A stretch of DNA of 62,840 nucleotides, filler included, from Choristocarpus tenellus KU-1152 (lineage: Eukaryota > Protista > Phaeophyceae): assembly GCA_964200185.2 (NCBI GenBank). It is 9 parts of 9 records of this genome, joined end to end, with 100 filler letters (N's around TTAATTAATTAA, not from the genome) between each part and the next. Parts side by side here need not be neighbours in the genome. Positions count along the whole stretch, not along the records: positions 13,394 to 19,887 come from CAXNAD020008001.1; positions 19,988 to 32,069 come from CAXNAD020001985.1; 7 more parts are not named here. One strand, 5' to 3'. A program made the translations under genes and the position numbers. Positions 13,393 to 25,111 of the stretch are shown one piece after another; within the stretch, counting starts at the first letter, position 1, and each line of letters starts with the position of its first letter. The notes under the pieces were generated by a model. That model did not search any database, was not told the DNA's origin, and was given only the letters and a program-made list of their open reading frames with translations.

Positions 13393-13755
13393 NTAGTTAA
13401 ATCCAGGCTACGCCAAATTGTTTCGGTGACTACGCAAGTGGCATTGTCTCGACGTGTCATGCGCTTCTAACTAGAGTCATTAGGGAGATGCGCACGGAGG
13501 GGTCTGTTGGATTCTTGGGATACTTCCTTAGCTCCCCCCCCCCTGGGCGCAGGAGTAGGTAGATGGGAAGCTAAGGAAGACAGTGGTACAATATTCGATA
13601 GTGGTAAAGTAACTGATTAGTAGTTTCCACACAATGTTTTACAGTGTTCTTACGTTTAGGATATTTTATTTCTTTATGGCTAATAACGATATATAGTTTT
13701 CATTGGTTTCCCCCCTGACACATCTGCAAAATGTCAGAGGGCATAATAATATAAG
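13393..13755 (+). mobile_element. 3' end of RLE-type (CRE-like) non-LTR retrotransposon
   Basis: Encodes VKSRLRQIVSVTTQVALSRRVMRF*LESLGR (RLE C-terminus). Followed by a 3' UTR, the stem-loop CTGACA-N11-TGTCAG (13715-13737) and a CATAATAATA tail. Confidence 0.75.
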
Positions 13756-14203
13756 TATATATATATAATAACAAACTGGCTAGCTAGGTAGAGTTCCTCT
13801 ACATCAAAGAGATGATCAATAATGATGCTTAAGGACGTGACGGCGTTAGATTGCGGAAGTTGGGATAAGGTGTGTCAAGAGGGATGCGATTACTTCGGAC
13901 TACCTGAAGAGATTGTTATATCCTCCAACTACACTCCGTAACAACTTCTGTATCCAAATTTCAAGAAATATGATGTGGACGGACAGACCAAACTTTAATC
14001 ATCTCTTACAATTTTTACCAAACCACAAAAAATGTATCCATGTACCAGAATCAAATATTACATAGTTGCATTTTGATCTTCATCACCAAATGACAAGTCT
14101 CGCTCTTTTCCTTGTGAAAAGCTTAGACGACTACAAAGGTCAGGTGCATCTCAAGAGAGCGTATTACTCTAGCTTGTCTGAGGCTGGAGACTAGCAAGTC
14201 GTC

Positions 14204-14533
14204 ATGTCTATCCATGCCCTTGAAAGAGGAAGAAGGCAAAAGTGCTACGCCACTCGGGATGGGTTGTTGTGTGGGGCGAGGAGAGGCCTCGTAGGTCTCA
14301 TGTTGGGTTGTTTCATGTGGACCTTCGTTATCGTGATCACTTTGAGAAGAGTGGCAGTGTACAGCGGAGAAGACGAAGAAAACGATGGGACACGTCAATA
14401 TCGAGAAGAAGCTGTGCTCACAATGCGTTATGACGCAAGGCAATTAGCATCCCCTATTCCCGCGGAAATGGTGCCAGTTCGTGTCGATAGAACCTCGTTT
14501 AGCGCCCATGGTAAGCGCATCCTCGATGCAGAG
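14204..14533 (+). CDS. Possible first exon of a type II membrane protein of unknown function
   Basis: ATG-initiated ORF with a hydrophobic segment LVGLMLGCFMWTFVIVITL flanked by Arg residues; in-frame donor GAG|GTGAGG at 14533/14534. No family recognised. Confidence 0.3.
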
Positions 14534-15672
14534 GTGAGGAAGCGTCCTTCTTGTACTGTCCTGTAGTGTTTATGTCTAACCAAGAACCGATTGAATTTCA
14601 ATCGTTAGGCCTGTTCCGGTCCCCAACTCGCTGCCCTTGTCATACCCCGGGGAACTAGGTGAGGCATTACGAAATCGTCTGTTGGAAAGAATGAGTGCTG
14701 GACTGAGATCATCCTCAATATATGGCGTGCTCATATGTTCGCAGTAGATCAGGAGATATGACGATATCAACGCGACTCGCCCGACTCCTTGCGATATCCA
14801 TTGTCCATTGGGTCGCAACAGGCGACTCCAAAGCATAAACGAAACTCCTACCCATCATACATATAGGAGGGATCCTATTTTAATGTTTTGTCCTCATAGA
14901 ATAGGAGGTTCGAATCGCAAATATTCCCTTATCTTCTAGCAATCTGAAACTCCATTTTCCCTCACCCCTTCCGTGCTAATTGTGTACTTTGGTCACTGCA
15001 GTGAGCATGGGCCTTCGTATGAACTGTACTCTGGAGTACCCTTATCTCCCAAGTAAGGTGTTCCTCTCTCTGCAACGTCAACAATGGTCGCATGCTCCTC
15101 CTTGCTTTGATGTATCCATTCGTCAACGTTCCCTTTTCCTCGCCCTCCTCAGGTTCACCTGTGTGCCCTGGACCGAGAGGCAAACTTCCAGCTGCCGTAC
15201 CCAAAGTTCAAGGCAAGAATTCAGGGTTAGGAATAGGTCAGAATTGCACTATGCGGTCGTATTATTTTCACAGCAATTTGTTGGAAATCAGAAAGAGGGA
15301 AAATAGTACACTTACAGGAGGCTCATGCTACGCACATGGAAACCACCCCCAATTGAGGAACCACCTCCTTATTAAGGGAACCAGAAATACTTGCGGAAAT
15401 CACGAGGTGAATGTGCCCATTAAAGTGCCGTTAGAGGGGCTTTCCCAAACGGGTGCGACTCCACGCTCCTAACACTGTTGCATTGTTGTTGTCGTTGTTG
15501 TTGTTGTATTTGTTTTCCAGCGTGTGTTTCACATATTTTTGCTATGTAAGAACAGTCACTGTACGGTTAAGTTGGCATGTACACCAAGTTGATGTAATTT
15601 AAATAATATGTTGGTGAAATTTCTATTTCAGAATGGAACAGGGGAGTACATCATTATTGGTATAGTCACGTA

Positions 15673-15987
15673 TACTGGGGAACCACCACTGCAATCGTTT
15701 TCACTTTGTCAAACGTATTTTAAGATGACTAACCCAGTCCCTAACTTGAATGTGAAAAATATATCTAACTAGCTAAGGAAACTTGAAAAGTGTCACACCT
15801 TGGATGCAGCAGTACAATGTACACTGGGGAGCCACGAATTCTAAAGGATCCACTACTACCATATATTTTATTTTTCGCAGACATTTTCAAAACTTGACCC
15901 TAACCTGTGGAAGAAAATAGCCTTAACCTTCGTGTGGAAAAGTTAAAAAAAAATGGTGGTACTACCCAAGATGGTGGTTCCCCAGTG
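15673..15987. mobile_element. Small TIR element (family C), (C/T)ACTGGGGAACCACCA inverted repeats
   Basis: TACTGGGGAACCACCA (15673) is inverted relative to TGGTGGTTCCCCAGTG (ends 15987); an internal extra end TACACTGGGGAGCCAC lies near 15820. Confidence 0.45.
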
Positions 15988-16899
15988 CACATATTAGGAA
16001 CCCAGAGAAGAATTCCTTGTGTGATGGTAGTGTTGAAATTCTGTTTATTCAAAGGTATTCGAGTTTTGAGCTTGAATGCAGCAATCTGGATCTCTCCGAC
16101 CTTCCTCAAGTTAGACTTTGAACAAAAACAGAGAGAGGTGTAATTAATACAAAGTGACTATTCAGTGGACATCTATTGTGTGAAACAGAGTTACGGGGCA
16201 CAAAGCTCATCTGTGGTATTCTTGAGTCATACACTTGCACTGTAGAGGGAGTATTGAGTGTAGAATAGTGCACCTCAAGCTCTTCTCCTCTTTGCACACG
16301 TCCCAACCTGCTCGCATCTTCATGTTTTTTGTTTCCTCTACACACATAAGTGGACAGGACGATGGTCCCTTGACGTTTGATGAACATTTTGTTCTTAGAG
16401 AAACCTGTCCTGGTCTCAGTATCCTTGTCTTTTCAGTGTACCGAAGTTTTGCACCATCTTTACCTTTCTTCTGGATCATTGCCCAACCCATTTTCAAAGC
16501 AGAAAACCATATCGTGTGTCAAGTATGTCTGTGACATATTTGTGTACAAACCAGCAGTGATTCCTCAGGCAAAGTGTGGATCATAACATAGGACCATATC
16601 AGTTCATATTTCTCGCCCTGAATCTAATTCCAAAATCAAGCCCCAAACGCGACCAATATTATTCTGAGCAGATACAGACAACCTGAAATGACACCACCAT
16701 ATCGCTTCCATCTACACATTTTTGGTACCTTGACTAAACCATCTTAAGTCTAAAAAGGTTGGGTCTATACCCTCTGCCCGATTGAGATATCCCTTGAATT
16801 CTTCTTGTCTTAATCACAAGTCATCCCTAGCCTAAGCCCGAAGTACACATTTGCCAATACCCATTTTATTCGCATGAGGTGGGCCCTAATCTTAACCCT

Positions 16900-19887
16900 T
16901 TTAGCAGTGGTAAGCCTAAGGTTAACCTGAACCTTCTGTCAAACTCCTCCTAACATAACGTGTATCTCCCATGCTAATGCTATTTCTATTTCTACCTTTT
17001 CCCTGGTCCTAACGCCAATATCACACGCTCTTCTAGTCAAATCCTTACCCGTTTCAAGTTGGCAGCTTGCTCAGCTCACTCTATTCTATTTACATTCACC
17101 TCACCTTCTCCCGAGTCTTCTGAGTTGATTCCTATCTTTGTCCTCAAAATCACATTGCTGCACACATTCCGAAGTTCTAAGAATGTATCCTCCAGCTTCG
17201 TCCCTCGACTCTATGCAGATGACGACACAATCCACCTCCTGTCTATCCCAACCCTCTAATATGTACGCTATCGCCTCCAGGATTGGATGAGGCGATCTGG
17301 CTGTCCTATGGACAGGAGGAATCATGGATACACCATGACCATGAGGGGGCTAGAGGTAGGCAAAACTTCAAGATCCCTTGATACTGATTATGTCAAGGAG
17401 GGATACTCAATGTTGTCACTTGGATTGTAGCTGTAAATGCTTGGTTATCTGGTGGTAGTTTGGAGGCATGTGTGCCATGTGTGGACCTGTTGTGGTAATT
17501 ACACTACGCTATCTTCATGATAGTTGCACAATAACCTGACCGTGACATTATATTTTGGTCTTGATTTACAGGAAAAGATTCTTGAAGATCCCAAGAGCTA
17601 CTTGGAGCCACGTGGCTTTGTGTTTGACATGTCTTTTTCTGGATCCAAACTTATGGCCAACCTTCTAGGGGCGTCTCCAACCCACCTCCTCTACTCTGAG
17701 GCCCCACTCCCTGCAGAAATCTTCAAGATGTGCGATGCTGTGGATTGTGCAGAGGGAGACAAGGTTTAACCCTGCGCCCACCGAAAATTAACCCTTACAG
17801 CTGTGATCTATATTGTTCTTTGCTGGTCTGGTAGGTGCCGAACCAGGGTCAAGGTCATTTTGTTTCTTTCGCCATTGGAACAAGGTGCAGCAAGTAATTC
17901 TTGTGTCGGGTGTGCAAAACCTTCGTTGCGAATTTAGGGAATCTCATGTTTTGCAGATACTGATGGAGGCACACCCATGTGCAGCAGCGTTATGCTTTGA
18001 ATAGCATGGAGTCCCAAGTATGACAAGTATGCCCCAGTTCATCTTGACACCGGTTCTAATTGAGAGTTTGGTATAGCATAAATCATGTGGGGGAACTCCC
18101 TATAGGTATTTGGACGGTGGCAAATTCCCACCTTCAACTCAAGTGTTGAAAAGTATGAAACGATAATATTGGTGCTGTGATCATGTGTCAGGGAAGGGCT
18201 ATTTTTCGACAGGTGTTTGATGGTCTGACAAGAAGTCATGTAGCAATTACTGTGATGTTATTTTTTCTTCAGATTATTTGGGAAAATGTATCCTCATGCT
18301 TGTGTGCTTGTAGTTCCGTTAGTATAATCTCTAGACCTTATATATTATTGGGAGGACCCTGATTTTTTCCTTCTGATACCGTAGGATTAGTCTGCTCTAG
18401 GATTTCTAAGCCTCAATTAGACTATTGTTTGCAATATAGATCCATTTCCATTCTAACTACAAAAGCCAGCAACATTGACAGTTCTATTACTGTATTGTTG
18501 AATTGTGCTCATCTGGGATGTGCCCCTTTCATTTCGTTATGCTGGTTGTCCAGGTGTCTGCTCTTCGGGCTGTTATCCTGGGCATGGGTAAGACCACTGC
18601 TCATAAGCACCTTTTCTTCAATTTTCATTCCAGTATGATCCAGCACTTGCCAACTTTTTCCAAGGTATGTAATAGGTATTACAGCCCTAGAGCTATGCCT
18701 TGAATCATACAGTGTTGTTACAATCCGACTTATGATAGCATTTGACACGTGTGTAAATCCTGCAATGTGGTGCTGAACAGCAAAGAGACTAGGTGTGCTT
18801 TGGTGTACTTATAAGTCAGAAAAACTTACTTCACTTACACGACTCTTATCTAGGTGATGATACATGCCGCTGCAAAAATGTATATGTCGCATTCTCAACA
18901 AGTCTAACGAGAATGTTAGCTTTCGTTGAGCTTTATACCTCTACTGTTGAGGAAATAGAAAGGAGTGGTATTCTCACCATTATCTGCCAAGGCATGAGGC
19001 TTGTTGTACTTACTCCAGGTTGCTTTGGAATATTGTTTGTCGGATTATATGGTCTACCTTACCTCATTAGGCCCATACGCCACTCGATTCAATAGTACCT
19101 CTTGACAAACTCAACCACAAGCGCTGCCTGTCAGCCATTACCTCTAGCATTATGTCAGAATGCCATGCGAAAGACTGCCTCAATATGTGTCGTTACGTTT
19201 AGTTACGTCCTTTCAAGTGCATTTGCTTCTTATCCAAATAAGTTCACGTTCGAAACAGTCTGTGCTGCAAAGTGCTTCACAATATGATGGAGCATTTGCG
19301 CTTCACATTATCATTAGATTTTGTGTATAGAAATTGAAAGTGCTACAAACGAGACTCTGGTCCATACTGTTGAGAAGAGCTTAGCACATGTATGACTTGT
19401 CGCCCAAAGTCGCTGATTGAGTTATATGATGAAAATACACTGAATAATTAATTGTCCGCTGGGTGCCCATTGACCCACCATATCGCTACTCATCATACCG
19501 TTTTGCACGTTACTACTTTGTATTGTACCAAACCAAAGATAAACGTACATGAAAACTATGTTACGTGCTGGTATCAGCACATACAACAGAAGGATAACAC
19601 TAGGTTATTCGACAAATACCTCCTAACCATCAAGAACAGAACTGTTTGATGATTGTATGTACTAAATCGTTGGTATGTTTCGCGATCAGGTGTTGAGTGT
19701 TGATTCCCCTCTTTCATCATCGAAAGTTCAGGATTGTGATAGGTAATTATTGTTATATAGTAGCAAAAGCAGAAGTAGGATAAAGGCCGGAAAGGAGTAG
19801 TTAAATCCAGGCTACGCCAAATTGTTTCGGTGAGTATGCAAGTGGCATTGTCTCGACGTGTCATGCGCTTCAAACTAGAGTCACCAG
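16900..19887 (+). mobile_element. Decayed non-LTR retrotransposon: RT relic plus RLE-type C-terminus
   Basis: LYADD with YADD at 17212-17223; LYFGL (YLG-like) ~17550; FPSFIIESSG ~19705; GVVKSRLRQIVSVSMQVALSRRVMRFKLESP at 19794-19886. That the RT and RLE parts belong to one element is inferred. 5' boundary approximate. Confidence 0.55.
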
Positions 19888-20213
19888 NNNNNNNNNNNNN
19901 NNNNNNNNNNNNNNNNNNNNNNNNNNNNNNNTTAATTAATTAANNNNNNNNNNNNNNNNNNNNNNNNNNNNNNNNNNNNNNNNNNNNGCATCATTATGGA
20001 AGGCCGGGGCCAGGGGGTGTGGGAGGAGGCAGGGGAGGTGGGGGGTTGTTTAGAGGGGTACGTGGGTGGGGTAAGGGTAATGGGGGTAGTGGGGGTGGTG
20101 GTAAGTATGAGCTTACTCCTGCAGATGATTGGGTTAGGGAGGATGGTCGTGGAGGTTCTGGCTGGGGAAGCAGGTAGTTTGAGAGTTGAACTTGTCCTGT
20201 AGGTGGAGTGTGC

Positions 20214-20214
<1 letters not shown>

Positions 20215-20244
<30 letters not shown>

Positions 20245-20262
20245 GTATGTGCATGTGTGTGT
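20215..20262. repeat. (GT)n microsatellite
   Basis: Read directly. Others: (AT)n 21082-21108, (CA)/(GA)n 29444-29486, (TA)n 29970-29999, (GT)n 52677-52714. Confidence 0.95.
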
Positions 20263-21078
20263 TTGTTACTTGGGTTGATGTTTGTTTTGAGAGCCAGCTT
20301 ATGGAGTTTGTTTATCGTTGTTTTTGTTGTTTATTATTTATTTTTGGGATGTTGCTGAGGAGTTCGATTTTTCAAGATGGAAAGCAACGGGTTGTTGTCT
20401 GCATACGGTTTTTCTTGTGTGAACAAATGATTTTGTTGTGTTTTACACTTCATGATTCTTTTTGTCCTAATTGTTTATGGATATTTGTGTACAGTGAGTG
20501 CATGAGCATATGTCGAGTCTCAGGGTTGTAGGTACTGTGTTTGGCAGTTGTGTGCGGAAGGGAAGATCATCTTGGTCGACCAAGAGACTGCTGCACACTC
20601 AGTGTATTCAGGCATTTGGTAGTGCATATGTTTGGCGATTCGGGATGGCATCATGGTGGTATCTATACAGTGTGTTGGTGTCATACGCATTTGGGTACCA
20701 ACCACCTCACCATGCATTTTTGTGAAGTACCATTTCAACGGATTGTTCTTCAATTTGACCCTGTTGGACTCTTCTAGTTTACCTCTTCAGATCCCGTGGA
20801 GTATGTGTTAAGTGTGCTGTCAAGATTTGTGGTTTGGTACTCATGGATGTGGGATAATGGTTCGTAGAAATGGTATTGATGTGAAAAGTGAGTACTCGAG
20901 TATCACCGGCTTACTAGAATATGGCAAACACGAAATTGTGACAGTGGAATCACTACTCTTTAGGGTGACTCCGATTGATTGCATAAACCCTGAGTTACTA
21001 CTTAATTCACTTGCATAAGGGGTTTAAGGCTAACTCCATTGTTTTTTCAACTTCATCAACTGCTGACCTCTATAGCGA

Positions 21079-21113
<35 letters not shown>

Positions 21114-21399
21114 TACTGTATTAAAGTCAAGATGTAATAGATATTTCGAACTATGCAATAGTATAATGGCTTGGCATACATAAGAGAGCTATTTGTGGAC
21201 GAGATAGCAAACTAAAATGTAATTATAGTTATATAAAGCCAAATAAGCAAGATCTATTGAAATAATTTATTAATAAAGAATATATGTATTTTGTAAACAC
21301 TTCGCTTTTAGCTTATCTGTAAGATAATCCTGAAAATACATAATTAACACTACATACAATCGTATATTCTCGAGAAGCAAAATAAAACAATCGAGCTAT

Positions 21400-21645
21400 T
21401 AGTACCGGTTAGCTTCATGCGTTACCGCACTTCCACACCCGGCCTATCAACGTGGATGTTGTAGGAGGTAGGAGGGCAGAGGGTTTTGGCAGAAAGCGAG
21501 CTGTAAGATCACGTTTTTTAGACAGACTACATCTATCACTCACTGCTCAAGAGGACATCTCCAGAAGAGTATTCAGCTTTATGTTAGAGACTCCAGGTCG
21601 ATGGGCTAGGAGAAGAGACTTAACATATCCATGGCCTTCTTAATT
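21400..21645 (+). mobile_element. Diverged RLE-type non-LTR fragment (C-terminus)
   Basis: DVVGGRRAEGFGRKRAVRSR...SLTAQEDISRRVFSFMLETPGRWARR is homologous to KRAVKSCL*QIVSVTTQVTLSRCVMHFKLETPGRWARR at ~49.3 kb. Confidence 0.65.
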
Positions 21646-21899
21646 CAATTCTTGCCGCCCTCCATCGAGTCAGTTTAGAATGGCCTTTTGTTGTTTCTTG
21701 TTTTAGGTACAATAACTCAGTGCTTGGTGCATCTGATATAGTTGCCCTTTCTGTGGCGATGTTGTATTCTTTACATGATCTTTCCTCTTCTCCATTCTGT
21801 ATTGAGCTAAGACTGCGTTTTGTTGCCTTCTCGCCTCTATATTATTGTCTTTTCCTACATGATAATCCCTGCATGTCAGTGGCGACAATAACATACTTG

Positions 21900-22700
21900 G
21901 AAGTAGTATTTTGGTCAAGTCACAAGTTCTACTACGTGACAGAAGCTGCAGGCTGTTAATCGTGACACTTTTTCTCTTCTTACGATGGTAGAGGACCGTT
22001 TGTGATCTACCTTTCATTCTCTTTGGTGTCATAACCAGCTGGGATGCAGTCGAGAGAGCTTTCCTGCATATATGGGTCACGCCTTGAAAAAGTGTGCCCT
22101 TCCATACAACATCCTACCTAACTAGTTGCCCATTGTACTTTGGTCCGATGTATTATCACACAGAACATGCAGATTACTATGGGCATAAAGCTAATTCCGC
22201 TGCCACTATCAGGTTTCCCGTCTCCCCCAATAGATAAGTAACAATGGCTGCTTACAATGAAGAATCGCTCACTATGAAAATGGGTCTCAAAGAAATCGTC
22301 ATGGAAGAGTGCCCTAAGATGTTGGACTCGTGATGAAACTAATAGTAGTGGGAAATATATATACTTCTGTGTCAACTATGTATTATTGATTGATTGGTTT
22401 TGTAAATACTGTTGGTCCAAACCAATATAGAGGTAGGCAGGTTTAGATCCTTTTGCAGTCCAAGGCATCAGATTCTTTCTTTCTCTGTGCAGTACACTCT
22501 ATCTCCTTGCTTTGTGTGTGCACAATAGTGAACGCAAGACTGACATTCTCCCTTTCTACGCAAAAATTGACACCACAGTTCAGTAAAGGTTCTCTGTCGA
22601 ATCGTACAAAATTTCGTCTTTTTTCCATTTCTTAGGATCCTTAAAATACAACCCTGCTCAGTTGGTTTGACTGTTGTAGAATATTTGCACACAAGCATAG
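21900..22700 (-). pseudogene. Decayed Sola/DUF7869-type DNA transposase
   Basis: Ordered motifs: RTFTELWCQF..K..CQSC (~22560), LQKDLNLPT (~22445), FFIVSSHC (~22250, at the position of SDxC), MEGHTFSRRD (~22090, GH[T/S]xxxxD). Confidence 0.6.
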
Positions 22701-23656
22701 CACCAGGTTGGGTTGTCTACATGGGGCGCGCAAGGGCATGAAGTGGTCTCATCTTGCCGTTACTATGATATTTTTTGGGGTGGTAGTGGTTACAAAAATT
22801 CGCCTGGGATTTTTTTTTCTTTCACTACTAATTTTCTTTTTTTCTTCATTTTGTTGTAACGTATGTCAACAAGTGTGTATAACCTCTGCATAACCTCATT
22901 TGGACTAACCTTTTCGAACACAAGTTTGAGACCCCTAGGCTAATGATAAGATAAAAAATCTAATTTATATACCTACTTGGTGAGTAGAAAATCCAAGGAC
23001 ACGTTTTCCTTATTATTCTCGTAACAGTCAGTGATTCTCGGTTGTAGTAACCGCCTTTTGCTCCACTTCGTTTTGTTGTGGTGGTGCTGTTTGTTGTGAT
23101 TGCATCTGGGACGTGCAGAGTGCTGGTTGAACTGTCTTGTTCGAAGAGGGGTTGGCCTGCCAGTAGTACCTGGAATTCTTCTTTCATACACAATATACTT
23201 GCAATCTTTTCTCCAATGGAATAGCCTAATTGTTGCCTATATGGTTTCAGGTAGTACAGAGTGGATTAGATAACTCTCCCTTCTAGGCTAAAACTTCTCA
23301 CTATTACAATAAAAAACAATGGTCCGCACACAACAAAAAAGGAGCTCCGTCTGAGTGAGGTTAAGTAAGTTGTGCCCTGTCCAACTACTGTTTTTGAATG
23401 TTGCCATGCCCCCCAACATACTCATGTTGCAAATATGCCATGTTCAAGCACATCTTGGACCAGCTTTGGAAGGTGATCATCATAGACTCCTCTGCGGATA
23501 ACAGAAGATGGTGAATAAATGCTGTCACCATGGATGGAACAGAAAAAATAGATTGGGGCATTCAGTGTTCTCAACCCGGTGACAGAGGTGACCCATCACA
23601 TTGAAGGTGTGGAGGATTTAAACACTCCCAGGTGAGTGCATCATATTATATTTGTG

Positions 23657-23841
23657 GGCTTAAAGCATATCTGGCCGGGGGTGGCGACTGTCCATTTGGG
23701 GCCGACTTTTTCATGTCGCGATTTTTAGGTGATTTGGTTGCATACGTTGGATGGATCATGTAAAGGCACTTTTCCTGATTTTGACCCAAATGGACACCCT
23801 GGTGTAGATCTCCCCCCACCCCCCCCAAGGTACTTTAGGTC
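23657..23841 (+). mobile_element. Family-B MITE (185 bp) with 4-bp TSD TGTG
   Basis: GGCTTAAAGCATATCTGG ... CCAAGGTACTTTAGGTC; TGTG at 23653-23656 and 23842-23845. Confidence 0.85.
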
Positions 23842-25111
23842 TGTGCAGGTTCTCTGGCAGGCAAGTAGCAACAAGGAACATTACAAAGGAAGTCTGGACA
23901 GTACAAGAGTTGAGCCCATGGGGTGTGTGCGACAAATCTCCTTTGTCAGGTCCAATCTCTGCTCCAGGTGCTCATTGAGGTGGAAAAGGAGTTGGGTCAA
24001 GTTCGGTGGAGGTGCTGAGAATGGATTCTTGCTTTTGGACTTTAGAGGCAAAGGTCTGACAAGGACAGACAACCATCAAGGTACTTAGGACGAGATCAAT
24101 TATTGTCCCACTTTGGCAACACCAGCAACAGCAATAACATTGACTGCCAGAGTCACCATCACTGAGACTTGAAAACAAGGCTATGCTGATTATCTAGGTG
24201 AAAGTCTTTCGCCTACAAAAGAGCCATTCTTTTTTTTTTCTTCTCAAAGCAAGATATCAAACACTTGCTGTGTCTTGATGAACACCCCACTAAAAATCAC
24301 CACGCTACTCGTGCCAGTCACACCCCCTCCCCCCTAGTGTCTAACTAACTAGATCACAAAAAATCCTGCCACTACTGTAGAAGAGGTAGGAAAACGATAG
24401 GATCTCCAAACAGAAAAACTTCAATACGAAATATACAAAACTAAGGAAAAAAGAAAAACTTCTAGGTGGTGAAAGGTAGGTAGGTATGCATATGATATGA
24501 CTTGTCAATGGACTGGTTAACATGATCCATGGCAGAAAACATGGCAACATCACAACCTTAAGGACTGTTTCTAACTTCGGGTTAAGGCGTTGGATCATAC
24601 TTTGGACACAGCCATTACAGGTTACACTCTGTACCAACCTACCAGATTATCTAAAAAGAAGGAAATTTACGCACCAGGATGACTGAAGACACTAAATCAA
24701 AACCATGACAAGAGCTTTCCAAAGAGCATAAAGAGTACATACTCCAGTGTATTTGAACTAAGAGCATGTCACAGCTACTACACAAAACTCTAGAAAAGCG
24801 TCCTGTGTGCTTCAACAAGCTTGCCGCCTTTTTAAAAGAACCGCACACTAAAGAACTGAAAAAAAATAAGACAAAAACATTTTTTTTTCTTGTCGACGAA
24901 AAAAACGAAAAAAAACTCCCAAGGATTTGTTACGCACCTTTAACATCCGTTGACCAATCAACACAACACAGACCATCTTTTGGTCCCATCAATACAGCAA
25001 GACAAACGCAGTTATGCTGGGAAACCCCAGATATCAAAAGGGCTACAAAGGGAGAGGTTCCACCCAACTGTAAGGGCAGCAATGTAGTTGCGCCAAGCAC
25101 CTCTTAGCCTC

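Noticed and set aside
13393-19887. ~90-bp direct repeat at both ends of contig 2, suggesting LTRs or a circular element
   Set aside because: The repeat is the RLE-coding tail of a dispersed non-LTR family (also at ~21.5 and ~49.3 kb), and the two copies differ at several positions.
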